Below are positions 24,413 through 32,222 of a DNA stretch of 33,259 nucleotides, piece by piece (the stretch's first letter is position 1; each line of letters begins with the position of its first letter). Source of the stretch: Bacteroidota bacterium (GTDB taxonomy: Bacteria; Bacteroidota; Bacteroidia; Bacteroidales; CAYTAU01); assembly GCA_043826845.1 (NCBI GenBank), contig JBDRPR010000197.1:1-33259 (forward strand), written 5' to 3'. The position numbers and the translations under genes are program-made. The notes below the pieces were generated by a model. The model ran no database searches. It was given only the letters and a program-made list of their open reading frames with translations, and was not told where the DNA came from.

Positions 24413-25690
24413 ATGGCAAATTTACAAACAGAATTTTGCGGATTGAAAATAAAAAATCCGATAGGGGTTACTTCCTGCGACTTTGGTGGTCATGAGCGAC
24501 TGCTCAGAAGATGTGCTGAACAAGGCGTTGGATGGATAATTGGAAAAACCGTACATAAAATTGACGGCCCCCACCGCTGGCCCCGGCCTTATTTTTATTC
24601 GCTCAGGAGATTTGGAAACGATCTTAAAGATGCATGGGTTTGCAGTCAGATGTTTCATAATATGCCTTATGAAAAATGGTTGAACGAAGAACTTCCAAAA
24701 TGTCTGAAAACCTGTGAGGAATTCGATATGCTCTATATAGGTTCCTGTTCGGGTATTGGCGCTGATCCGGAAACATGGATTCCTTTTCTGAAAGATATGG
24801 AAGCAGCCGGCGTGAAAATGGTAGAGCTTGATACAGGTGGTCCTCATGCAACATTTGGAGCTGTGGATGCACATAAAGACGTGGGTGCTCCTTTGGCAAT
24901 GGATCCAGAAACTGCTTACAAAGTAACTAAAGCCTGTGTTGATGCTGTGAAAATCCCTATCATGTTTAAAATGACTCCACAATGTGTGAATATGGCAGGT
25001 GTCGCTTTGGCAGTTGAAAAAGCAGGTGCTGCAGCCATTTCTGCAAACAATGCTTTTTATGGTTGCTGGATTGACCATGAAACAGGAAGCTTCTTTGGTG
25101 TCCCCTCATCAATGGGAGGATTGATAGGAAGGCCATGGCAATTATTTTCATTAGCTAAAGTGATGGAAATTACAGCAACAGTTAAAATCCCTGTTCTTGG
25201 CGGTGGTGGATCATATACCTATGATGATTGCGTTAGATATTTGATGGCCGGCAGCGGAATTGCAGGATTATGCTCATCAATATATTCCAGAGGTGTTGGT
25301 GTTTTAAAAGAATGTATTGATGGGTTGAACGAATTTATGGATAAAAAAGGATATAAATCGATAAATGATTTCAAGGGTTGTGTTGTTAAAGATTTTCAAT
25401 ATCTCAGAGAGTGGAAAAGAGAAGACCCTATGGCAGAACTAACACCGGTTGTACCAAAGTTTGACCAGACTAAATGTAATATGTGCGGAATCTGTGTAAC
25501 TGTATGCCCATATGGTGCACTGACCGGAGATAAAAAAACGCACAAAATTCCGGATTTAAAAAGAGAATATTGTTTCGGGTGCGGTTGGTGTGTGGGGCAT
25601 TGCAACAGGGATGCAATTCAATGTGTTAATGCTGAAACAGGTGAAGTGATTTGGGATGGTTACGGTACGATTAAAGATTGGGTAAAATAA
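24413..25690 (+). CDS. Dihydroorotate/dihydropyrimidine dehydrogenase (PreA)-like flavoprotein with a C-terminal 2x[4Fe-4S] domain
   Basis: FCGLKIKNPIGV start and IPVLGGGGSYTYDD phosphate-binding loop of DHOD/DPD TIM-barrels. C-terminal CNMCGICVTVCPYG and CFGCGWCVGHCNRD. Confidence 0.7.
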   Translation: MANLQTEFCGLKIKNPIGVTSCDFGGHERLLRRCAEQGVGWIIGKTVHKIDGPHRWPRPYFYSLRRFGNDLKDAWVCSQMFHNMPYEKWLNEELPKCLKTCEEFDMLYIGSCSGIGADPETWIPFLKDMEAAGVKMVELDTGGPHATFGAVDAHKDVGAPLAMDPETAYKVTKACVDAVKIPIMFKMTPQCVNMAGVALAVEKAGAAAISANNAFYGCWIDHETGSFFGVPSSMGGLIGRPWQLFSLAKVMEITATVKIPVLGGGGSYTYDDCVRYLMAGSGIAGLCSSIYSRGVGVLKECIDGLNEFMDKKGYKSINDFKGCVVKDFQYLREWKREDPMAELTPVVPKFDQTKCNMCGICVTVCPYGALTGDKKTHKIPDLKREYCFGCGWCVGHCNRDAIQCVNAETGEVIWDGYGTIKDWVK

Positions 25691-25748
25691 TTCGGGGGTT
25701 TAAAATCCTTTACTAAGCTCCGATAATGAGTCATTTTGAGGTTGAGTC

Positions 25749-25766
25749 AAACCTTCCGGTTTTTTT
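25749..25766 (+). terminator. Short hairpin plus T-run between convergent genes (candidate intrinsic terminator)
   Basis: AAACC-ttcc-GGTTT followed by TTTT, 59 nt after the PreA-like stop. The stem is only 5 bp. Confidence 0.35.
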
Positions 25767-25793
25767 GCCTTTATATCAGTAATATAATCATCA

Positions 25794-26168
25794 CTAACGT
25801 TCTGTCTTCTTAGGAACTACTACTAAGCTATCTGCCTTAATATTCATAAGGCGAGATTGATATACTGAATCAGCAATAGCATTATAGTGTTCGCATATAG
25901 AATCAAAATAACGACGACTATTGTCAATTATCATGTTTATGTGTTCAACATCTTTAGAATCGTTACAATTATTAACCAGCGATTCGAGCAATCCTTTTAC
26001 AAACAGGTCTGTAAAATCATTCTGTGTAATATCTCCTCCTTTACAAGTAACATATAGTATTTCCGTTTTTCTTTTTTCAATACTTTTTTTGTCCCAGGTT
26101 TGGGAAAAAACACTAATGCTGATAGTTATCAATAAAACTGACAGTGTAAAGGTTAATAGATTTTTCAT
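25794..26168 (-). CDS. Small secreted protein, unknown function
   Basis: 124 aa with a signal peptide (MKNLLTFTLSVLLITISISVFSQ) and four Cys. It is the last gene of the minus-strand cluster. Confidence 0.55.
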   Translation of the reverse strand: MKNLLTFTLSVLLITISISVFSQTWDKKSIEKRKTEILYVTCKGGDITQNDFTDLFVKGLLESLVNNCNDSKDVEHINMIIDNSRRYFDSICEHYNAIADSVYQSRLMNIKADSLVVVPKKTER

Positions 26169-26244
26169 GATTATTAATATTTTAAATGAGTGATATATTT
26201 ATGTTACTAACAAAATCCGTTTGAAAGATAATATTAATAATTAG

Positions 26245-26736
26245 TTATTGCAATGCAAATTTAATAGGTATAACAAACTGAACTGGAACTGCTTGCCCGT
26301 TTTGTTTGCCAGGATTCCATCTTGGCATTGATTTAATAACCCTGATAGCTTCTTCATCACACCCACCACCTATACTTCTAATTGCTTTCACATCTGCCAG
26401 ACTTCCGTTTTTAGTTACTACAAAAGACAAATAAACTGTCCCCATAATATTGTTTTCTTTTGCTGAATCTGGATATTGGATGTTTTCAGAAATAAATTTA
26501 AAAAGTTGCTCTTCTCCCCCGGGGAAAGTAGGCATATCATCAACTATCTGGAATGGCGTGCCATAATCAGGGATAGTATCAGTTGACTCCTCATTCAAAG
26601 TAATTATTTCAAATTCACTATTCTCTTCAATGGGCTGGTTAAGAGAATTTTTTGTTGACTCATTTTCCTGAGACCAGATATTAGTCACCTGAAAGATTAA
26701 ACAAATTGCTGCTAATGTAATTGTAAGTTTTTTCAT
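26245..26736 (-). CDS. TonB C-terminal-domain protein (signal/anchor plus acidic linker plus TonB_C)
   Basis: MPTFPGGEEQLFKFISENIQYPDSAKENNIMGTVYLSFVVTKNGSLADVKAIRSIGGGCDEEAIRVIKSMPRWNPGKQNG is a typical TonB_C domain. The N-terminal hydrophobic segment is MKKLTITLAAICLIFQV. There is no Pro-rich linker. Confidence 0.8.
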   Translation of the reverse strand: MKKLTITLAAICLIFQVTNIWSQENESTKNSLNQPIEENSEFEIITLNEESTDTIPDYGTPFQIVDDMPTFPGGEEQLFKFISENIQYPDSAKENNIMGTVYLSFVVTKNGSLADVKAIRSIGGGCDEEAIRVIKSMPRWNPGKQNGQAVPVQFVIPIKFALQ

Positions 26737-26741
26737 ATATA

Positions 26742-27464
26742 TCAGTGTTTTTTTAAAAGTTTTATTAATCCGGTAATAAACATTATTACTCCAACTGCCA
26801 TAAAAAAATGATGATAGTATGAATAATATTCATAACCATTGGTTAAAAATAATGTAAGGACAATGAATAACAGTCCGGCAAGCAAAAAAATTATATTGCT
26901 GACAGGATTTTTAGTTTTTTCATTTATCGCAACCTTATTTATTGAAATTTGCTTTTTTTCTTTAATTTGTTCATTATCCGGAATATTCTGATTCAATTTT
27001 TCAGAATTGCAATGTGGGCATCTGTTTCTGTTCCTGATAAAATCAAACTGATCGATTTCGCTGCCACAAAATGCACACTCTGCTCTTCCGGCACTATCAA
27101 AATGGCAAACAGGACAATCAGTATATATTTTATTAAATGGTTTTTTACATTTAAGACAAAGTACCAGACCATCGGTATAACTTATATTTGTATTGTTAGG
27201 ATACATCCTGATTACTTTGGATTCCTCTGCTTTATTTTCATGAAGTCTTTGATTTAATTTATATGAAGTATTACACTCCGAGCATGTCAAAACAAATTCC
27301 TTATCACCATTCTGAAAAAGAGGAATAAAAAATAATGTCCCGAAATTCTGTATTGTTTGCTCTGTCATTTGAGATTCATGATCGCATTTCTGACAATATT
27401 CCTTTACGACCATGCCATTTCTGACAGGAGTTTTTACATATCGGGTTCCGAAAATAATCAGCAT
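26742..27464 (-). CDS. Membrane-anchored triple zinc-ribbon protein
   Basis: Six CxxC pairs: CQKC/CSEC, CLKC/CPVC and CAFC/CPHC. Two C-terminal TM helices (IIFLLAGLLFIVLTLFL, FFMAVGVIMFITGLIKLL). The start codon directly abuts the upstream stop codon. Confidence 0.65.
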   Translation of the reverse strand: MLIIFGTRYVKTPVRNGMVVKEYCQKCDHESQMTEQTIQNFGTLFFIPLFQNGDKEFVLTCSECNTSYKLNQRLHENKAEESKVIRMYPNNTNISYTDGLVLCLKCKKPFNKIYTDCPVCHFDSAGRAECAFCGSEIDQFDFIRNRNRCPHCNSEKLNQNIPDNEQIKEKKQISINKVAINEKTKNPVSNIIFLLAGLLFIVLTLFLTNGYEYYSYYHHFFMAVGVIMFITGLIKLLKKH

Positions 27465-28121
27465 CTATTTCTGACAATAGTTGTTATATGGATACCAAAC
27501 ATCTCTGGTAAATAAATTCCCTCTTTCTGAATAAAAATTCAGCTGAAATATCTGTTCTGTCAATACTTTATCATTACACAGATTAAGTCCGTTTTCACGA
27601 AGTGCCTGAAAAACCTCATTGGATTTTATATTATTCAGATCAGAGAATTTTGACTTAATAAAATCAAGCGTGGCTTTATCAATTGTCTGACCGTGTTTCA
27701 GAATACCGTTAACTGCGAGATACGGCTTAAGAAGCAATGGAAATTCAAGTTTCTTTCCATCCTCAGAATAAAGACCGTTTTGGTTTCCTTCATAGTCAAT
27801 CGAAAACTGAGCCTCTTCTTTATAAGGATTTTCTATAATTTCAAACTTCACCAGATTTACTGAATCTTTTGTGTCATACTCCTGAGTCAATTGCATAATT
27901 TTAAACCTGAACTGCATCACCAGAACGTCAGGCGCTTCAGGATTGTTGGATTCAATTACTGAAGTCATATAGTTTGAAGTATCTTTGTCAATATAGATTT
28001 TCAGGAATTCCTGAACCTTAGTTTCAGAGATTTTATCTGACAGGAGAGAAGATGGGTTTTCGCATGATGTAAAAACCTGCAGCAAAATAAAAAACACACT
28101 GGTATAAATTATTGATTTCAT
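27465..28121 (-). CDS. Lipoprotein, unknown function
   Basis: Lipobox-like signal MKSIIYTSVFFILLQVFTSC followed by ENPSS. 218 aa with no recognisable domain. Confidence 0.6.
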   Translation of the reverse strand: MKSIIYTSVFFILLQVFTSCENPSSLLSDKISETKVQEFLKIYIDKDTSNYMTSVIESNNPEAPDVLVMQFRFKIMQLTQEYDTKDSVNLVKFEIIENPYKEEAQFSIDYEGNQNGLYSEDGKKLEFPLLLKPYLAVNGILKHGQTIDKATLDFIKSKFSDLNNIKSNEVFQALRENGLNLCNDKVLTEQIFQLNFYSERGNLFTRDVWYPYNNYCQK

Positions 28122-28179
28122 TTAATAATTGATTTAATGCTTGTAAAAATAATTAATAAAATATAAAGAAAAAGACATT

Positions 28180-29901
28180 TCATTTTTTTCTTTTCCAGAT
28201 TTTAATATTTCCACTATAATCTGAACTGATTATATATTTTTCATTCAAACTGATACATACAGAAGTCACTTTGTCATCTTCATGTTTTCTTAATGAACAA
28301 ACCTGTTTGCATGTTTTGGAATCCAAGATACGAACACTCGGATTTCCATCAGCAGCCGTATATATATATTTCCCGTCATTGCTGAATTTTACTGAATTAA
28401 AAGATTTAAATGTAATTATTGGGATACCCCAGTCAATATATTCACTCACTTTTTTGCCTGAATTGACATCCCATACAATTATGGAAGATTTTTCCCATCC
28501 ACCGGTGACAATATATTTGCCATCCGGACTATAGTCGAGGCATTGCACCAAAGCCTGATCTCCAATTAATGTTTTACATTCCCTTGTTTTCAAATCCCAT
28601 AAAATTATATTACTGCCACCTGTAGCAATTGATTTATTATCCGGACTGAATTCAAGGCAATTAAATGAATTATTATTATAATTAGTTGATGCTTCATGCT
28701 TTTCTTCACTGCTTAAATCTTTTAGGGATTTAACAAAGTCATTAAATTTTATTCCAATTGTATCTATTGGGATAAAGTCAGGCAACGAATACAGATATAT
28801 TCTGGAATCAATTCCAATTGCAAACATTTTATTATCGAAACTGAAATCAATTGCTTTCATTAACCCAGCAAATCCAAATGAACTGACTATTTCATTTGTT
28901 ATCATATCCCAAACAATAATTGTATTAAAGTCTGATGAAATATTATCTATTTTATAGTCGTATTTCCCTGACATATGACCGCTGATAGCAGAATAATCCT
29001 TTCCGCATGCTACAAAACGCCCATCTTTACTGTATTTCACAACATTAATATTAAATTCTCTATTATATAGGGTTTTCAGGCAATCACCAGTTTCTGCATC
29101 CCAAATTTTAATTGAACCATCACCACTGCCTGAAACAAAATGTCTGTTATCCGGACAGAAATCCAGATAAACATCACCGATATCATGTGCTTTTATTGAT
29201 TTATATTCTTCGTAATCATCAGATTGACCGCTATGAATATTTTGCGAAATATGAAATGCCGAAATTATTATTAAAGAAACAGTAATAAAAATACTGGTAT
29301 ATTTCCTTTTCTTATTGCCAATTTCCGGTTCAAAATTAAAATTGCTGAAATTTCTTCTGATGTTTATTATATATCCGATTGTTGTGCCAGCCATTCCCCA
29401 GTATAGAATAATAAAAACAATCAATCCGATAATTGTATATACAGAAAAGTTCCTGTCACCGATCAGCCACCCCAATAGAATATAAATCCATGCTCCGAAA
29501 AACAGAAACAACAGAATCGAAAAAAAGAACCTGAAAATATAAGAAACGCTGAAAACAACATAGCCCAGCACATTCTTAACATAATCTGCATAAGTCATTT
29601 TCGCATAGCTTTCTCCTCTTTGTGCAGCTTCTCTTGACCATGAATTTACAGTATTAAATAAATCATTGTACCTCTCACTTTTTACCTCATTAGCATAGCT
29701 GAACAACTTGTCATAATCGGCTCTTTTCTTGTTGTCACTCAATATCTCATATGCTTCATTAATTTCAATAAACTTTCGGTGAGCATCCGGTGACTTGTTT
29801 ATATCAGGATGCAATTGCTTGGCAAGTTTTCGGAAAGAAGATTTTATCTCGTTTTTGGTCGAGGAGGTTTGGAGGTTGAGGATTTGGTAGTAGTTTTTCA
29901 A
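28180..29901 (-). CDS. J-domain (DnaJ-like) / multi-TM / WD40 beta-propeller protein
   Basis: N-terminal J domain with an HPD motif (KNYYQILNL...[31 protein letters not shown]). 3-4 hydrophobic helices (residues ~110-215). About seven WD40-like blades follow ([39 protein letters not shown]). The gene starts with TTG. Confidence 0.8.
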   Translation of the reverse strand: MKNYYQILNLQTSSTKNEIKSSFRKLAKQLHPDINKSPDAHRKFIEINEAYEILSDNKKRADYDKLFSYANEVKSERYNDLFNTVNSWSREAAQRGESYAKMTYADYVKNVLGYVVFSVSYIFRFFFSILLFLFFGAWIYILLGWLIGDRNFSVYTIIGLIVFIILYWGMAGTTIGYIINIRRNFSNFNFEPEIGNKKRKYTSIFITVSLIIISAFHISQNIHSGQSDDYEEYKSIKAHDIGDVYLDFCPDNRHFVSGSGDGSIKIWDAETGDCLKTLYNREFNINVVKYSKDGRFVACGKDYSAISGHMSGKYDYKIDNISSDFNTIIVWDMITNEIVSSFGFAGLMKAIDFSFDNKMFAIGIDSRIYLYSLPDFIPIDTIGIKFNDFVKSLKDLSSEEKHEASTNYNNNSFNCLEFSPDNKSIATGGSNIILWDLKTRECKTLIGDQALVQCLDYSPDGKYIVTGGWEKSSIIVWDVNSGKKVSEYIDWGIPIITFKSFNSVKFSNDGKYIYTAADGNPSVRILDSKTCKQVCSLRKHEDDKVTSVCISLNEKYIISSDYSGNIKIWKRKK

Positions 29902-29934
29902 GACAATAGATTATCAGATAATTCATCTGTTTAA

Positions 29935-30831
29935 TCAATACATTGAATCAGTATAAACTTTTGGTTGATAATATTTTGCTTTAATCGGAATATTTGGGAA
30001 AACACCAAACAATAATATGGGTTGATTTGAATACTTTTGGTTTACAAATTCTTTATCAAGTCCCCAATACTGTCTTATTTCTATATATGCATTTACATAT
30101 TTATACTGAATTGTAATTTTTCCACCTAAACCCCAATAGTTCTTTCCGAGATAGCTCGATTTTGTAACAGTTTTAAAACTATTTTGAAATTCATCAGCTT
30201 CATTAATCCCCATATAATGTATTTGTAATGCTCCACCCCAAAGAAAATTATCAATCCAACTCAAACCAGCTTTAAGTTGACCAACCTGATAGCCAACATT
30301 TGCGTTAAAAGTAATAAACCGATAATTTGTATCTTCCATTTCAATATAATATGGGTTTATATCCAAATCTAGAAAAGGACACTGAAAAAAGAACAAATCC
30401 TTTGTTCTTTTGTCTTGTTTTTTAATTATATAACGATAACCTAGATGAAAAACAGCATCTTCTGCAAATGGCATTTTTGCCAAATTAAAGCTATCTACTG
30501 ATAACTTTTTAAATGGATATCCAATTTCCTTTGAATTCCATCCAATCATTAGAGGGCTAATATTAGCCAAGAACTGAGAACTCGTGCATTTTCTTCCTCT
30601 TTTAACACTTTTTAATCCCACAATAATTCCAGTTTGAACCGTAGATGCTAAACCTATATCGGAACTATTATCCAATGATACACCAGGAGTAATGCCAATC
30701 TGAAGTGAATCAGAAAATATTATTAATTCAACCGGTTCGAGATATTGAGAATGAAGCCAATTAATATTAAATAATCCGATTACTAAAAGAAGGGCGATTT
30801 TATTATTTAAATTGAAATTATATAGTTTCAT
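29935..30831 (-). CDS. Secreted protein, possibly an outer-membrane beta-barrel
   Basis: Signal peptide (KIALLLVIGLFNINWLHSQ), alternating hydrophobic/aromatic-rich strand-like segments and an aromatic C-terminus. The fold call is a guess. Confidence 0.4.
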   Translation of the reverse strand: MKLYNFNLNNKIALLLVIGLFNINWLHSQYLEPVELIIFSDSLQIGITPGVSLDNSSDIGLASTVQTGIIVGLKSVKRGRKCTSSQFLANISPLMIGWNSKEIGYPFKKLSVDSFNLAKMPFAEDAVFHLGYRYIIKKQDKRTKDLFFFQCPFLDLDINPYYIEMEDTNYRFITFNANVGYQVGQLKAGLSWIDNFLWGGALQIHYMGINEADEFQNSFKTVTKSSYLGKNYWGLGGKITIQYKYVNAYIEIRQYWGLDKEFVNQKYSNQPILLFGVFPNIPIKAKYYQPKVYTDSMY

Positions 30832-30838
30832 ATTGTAG

Positions 30839-32176
30839 TTATTTTTGCATTGGTTTTAAAAATATATCTTCTCCATTAGCTTCAAATTTACAATTCATTG
30901 TTTCAGGTTTAAGTGAATTTAAAATTTTAATTAACTCATATTGAGATTTAACATAAACTTTATAAGGAATTGTCGTTCCAATATCATCGCCATTTTGATT
31001 ACGAAAGACTCCAGTTTGTTTTGGCATAAAATATTTACAGTTTTCAATATTCGTTTTAAATTCATTAAAAATATCATTATTTTGGGTACATTCATTGCAT
31101 ATTTTCAAATTGACTTCCCATCCATTAATAATAATTTGATAAAGCTTATCTGTAAATTCTTTCATAAAATGAGGAGTATTATTTTCAATTACTTTAATAG
31201 CCTGTGATCGAGCGTACATGGCATCATTAACAGTAACAATAGTATCATAGGTTTTTTGAAAAACTAAAGTTTGAGTATATAAATTCATAGCCTTTAAGGT
31301 CACCTTGACTTCATAATTATTCAATTTATTTGGATCTTCTTGAGCAGAAATATTATCAACAATAAAACCTAAACTAGCTTGTTCTTCTGAATGGTATTTC
31401 ATACATAGTAAAAAATCCCGATAATCGTTTTTAACTGGTGATTTATATACATCTGTATGATAGCACACATTAAACGTATCAGGTTTTTCAGGAAGATTAC
31501 ACTCTTGCATTGATGGTAATTCTTTAATCTGAGCAATTCGATATTGACTACTAATAAGTTCCTCAAGAAATGAATTTCTTGCATCTTCAAATTTATTTAT
31601 TATCAGACTAGTAGTACCAGCATTAATAGGATTATATCCAACAAGAGTGTTATTATTTATCAAGTAATCAACTCTTTCTTTTATATATTCATACAATCTT
31701 CTATTGGCTTTAGCTGAATATATTTCAAAAGTATATAATGTTTTATTGCTATTAGGCTTAATGTAAGGATCCCATTCCTCCATTTTTACTAAACTTCCTG
31801 CATGATCAATTAATATATTATAAAGAAATTTTGTATTTTCAGAAGCATCATCTAAAAACAAAGATTTAATAACTTCCTTTTTAATCAATAATCTTAATGA
31901 ATCCTTATTATTATGACTTAATTTAATACTTACTGGATATTCTATCCAATTTGCCTGATTATCTTTTAAATCATTTGGAGTTGGATCATTACATTGAATA
32001 GCATTAATATTTGTATTTGAATTACTCCCATTAGTTAATTGATTTGAATCTGGTTTTTGATTATTTGTGTTATAAACATTCTGTTGTCCACTTTGAATGT
32101 TTTGACAAAAGGCAGAAAAGGTTAATAAAAACGTAATAATTGTAAAACATAAAGGCAATTGTTTTTTTGTGTTCAT
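30839..32176 (-). CDS. Secreted protein with an N/Q/S-rich linker, unknown function
   Basis: Signal peptide MNTKKQLPLCFTIITFLLTFSAFCQ, then a low-complexity segment QNIQSGQQNVYNTNNQKPDSNQLTNGSNSNTN. A GGAGGA SD lies 9 nt upstream of the ATG. No domain recognised. Confidence 0.55.
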   Translation of the reverse strand: MNTKKQLPLCFTIITFLLTFSAFCQNIQSGQQNVYNTNNQKPDSNQLTNGSNSNTNINAIQCNDPTPNDLKDNQANWIEYPVSIKLSHNNKDSLRLLIKKEVIKSLFLDDASENTKFLYNILIDHAGSLVKMEEWDPYIKPNSNKTLYTFEIYSAKANRRLYEYIKERVDYLINNNTLVGYNPINAGTTSLIINKFEDARNSFLEELISSQYRIAQIKELPSMQECNLPEKPDTFNVCYHTDVYKSPVKNDYRDFLLCMKYHSEEQASLGFIVDNISAQEDPNKLNNYEVKVTLKAMNLYTQTLVFQKTYDTIVTVNDAMYARSQAIKVIENNTPHFMKEFTDKLYQIIINGWEVNLKICNECTQNNDIFNEFKTNIENCKYFMPKQTGVFRNQNGDDIGTTIPYKVYVKSQYELIKILNSLKPETMNCKFEANGEDIFLKPMQK

Positions 32177-32222
32177 AATTTAATCCTCCAATTTTAAATT
32201 TTGATTAATAATATTTTCATTT

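Noticed and set aside
24422-25078. A 218-aa minus-strand ORF, plus similar antisense ORFs at 13890-14507, 9274-9708, 6196-6618, 20652-20990 and 5315-5644.
   Set aside because: Each lies entirely inside, and antisense to, a long ORF with clear family motifs. Their translations are low-complexity and Cys/Ser/Phe-rich with no recognisable motifs, so they are shadow ORFs.
21812-25690. Reading the PreA-like, amidohydrolase-fold and aminotransferase genes as a reductive pyrimidine catabolism pathway (DPD, dihydropyrimidinase, beta-alanine aminotransferase).
   Set aside because: There is no PreT partner and no beta-ureidopropionase. The 351-aa hydrolase is shorter than, and does not resemble, the dihydropyrimidinases I know. 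The genes are interleaved with GRE and AOR genes. I keep it only as a remote alternative.
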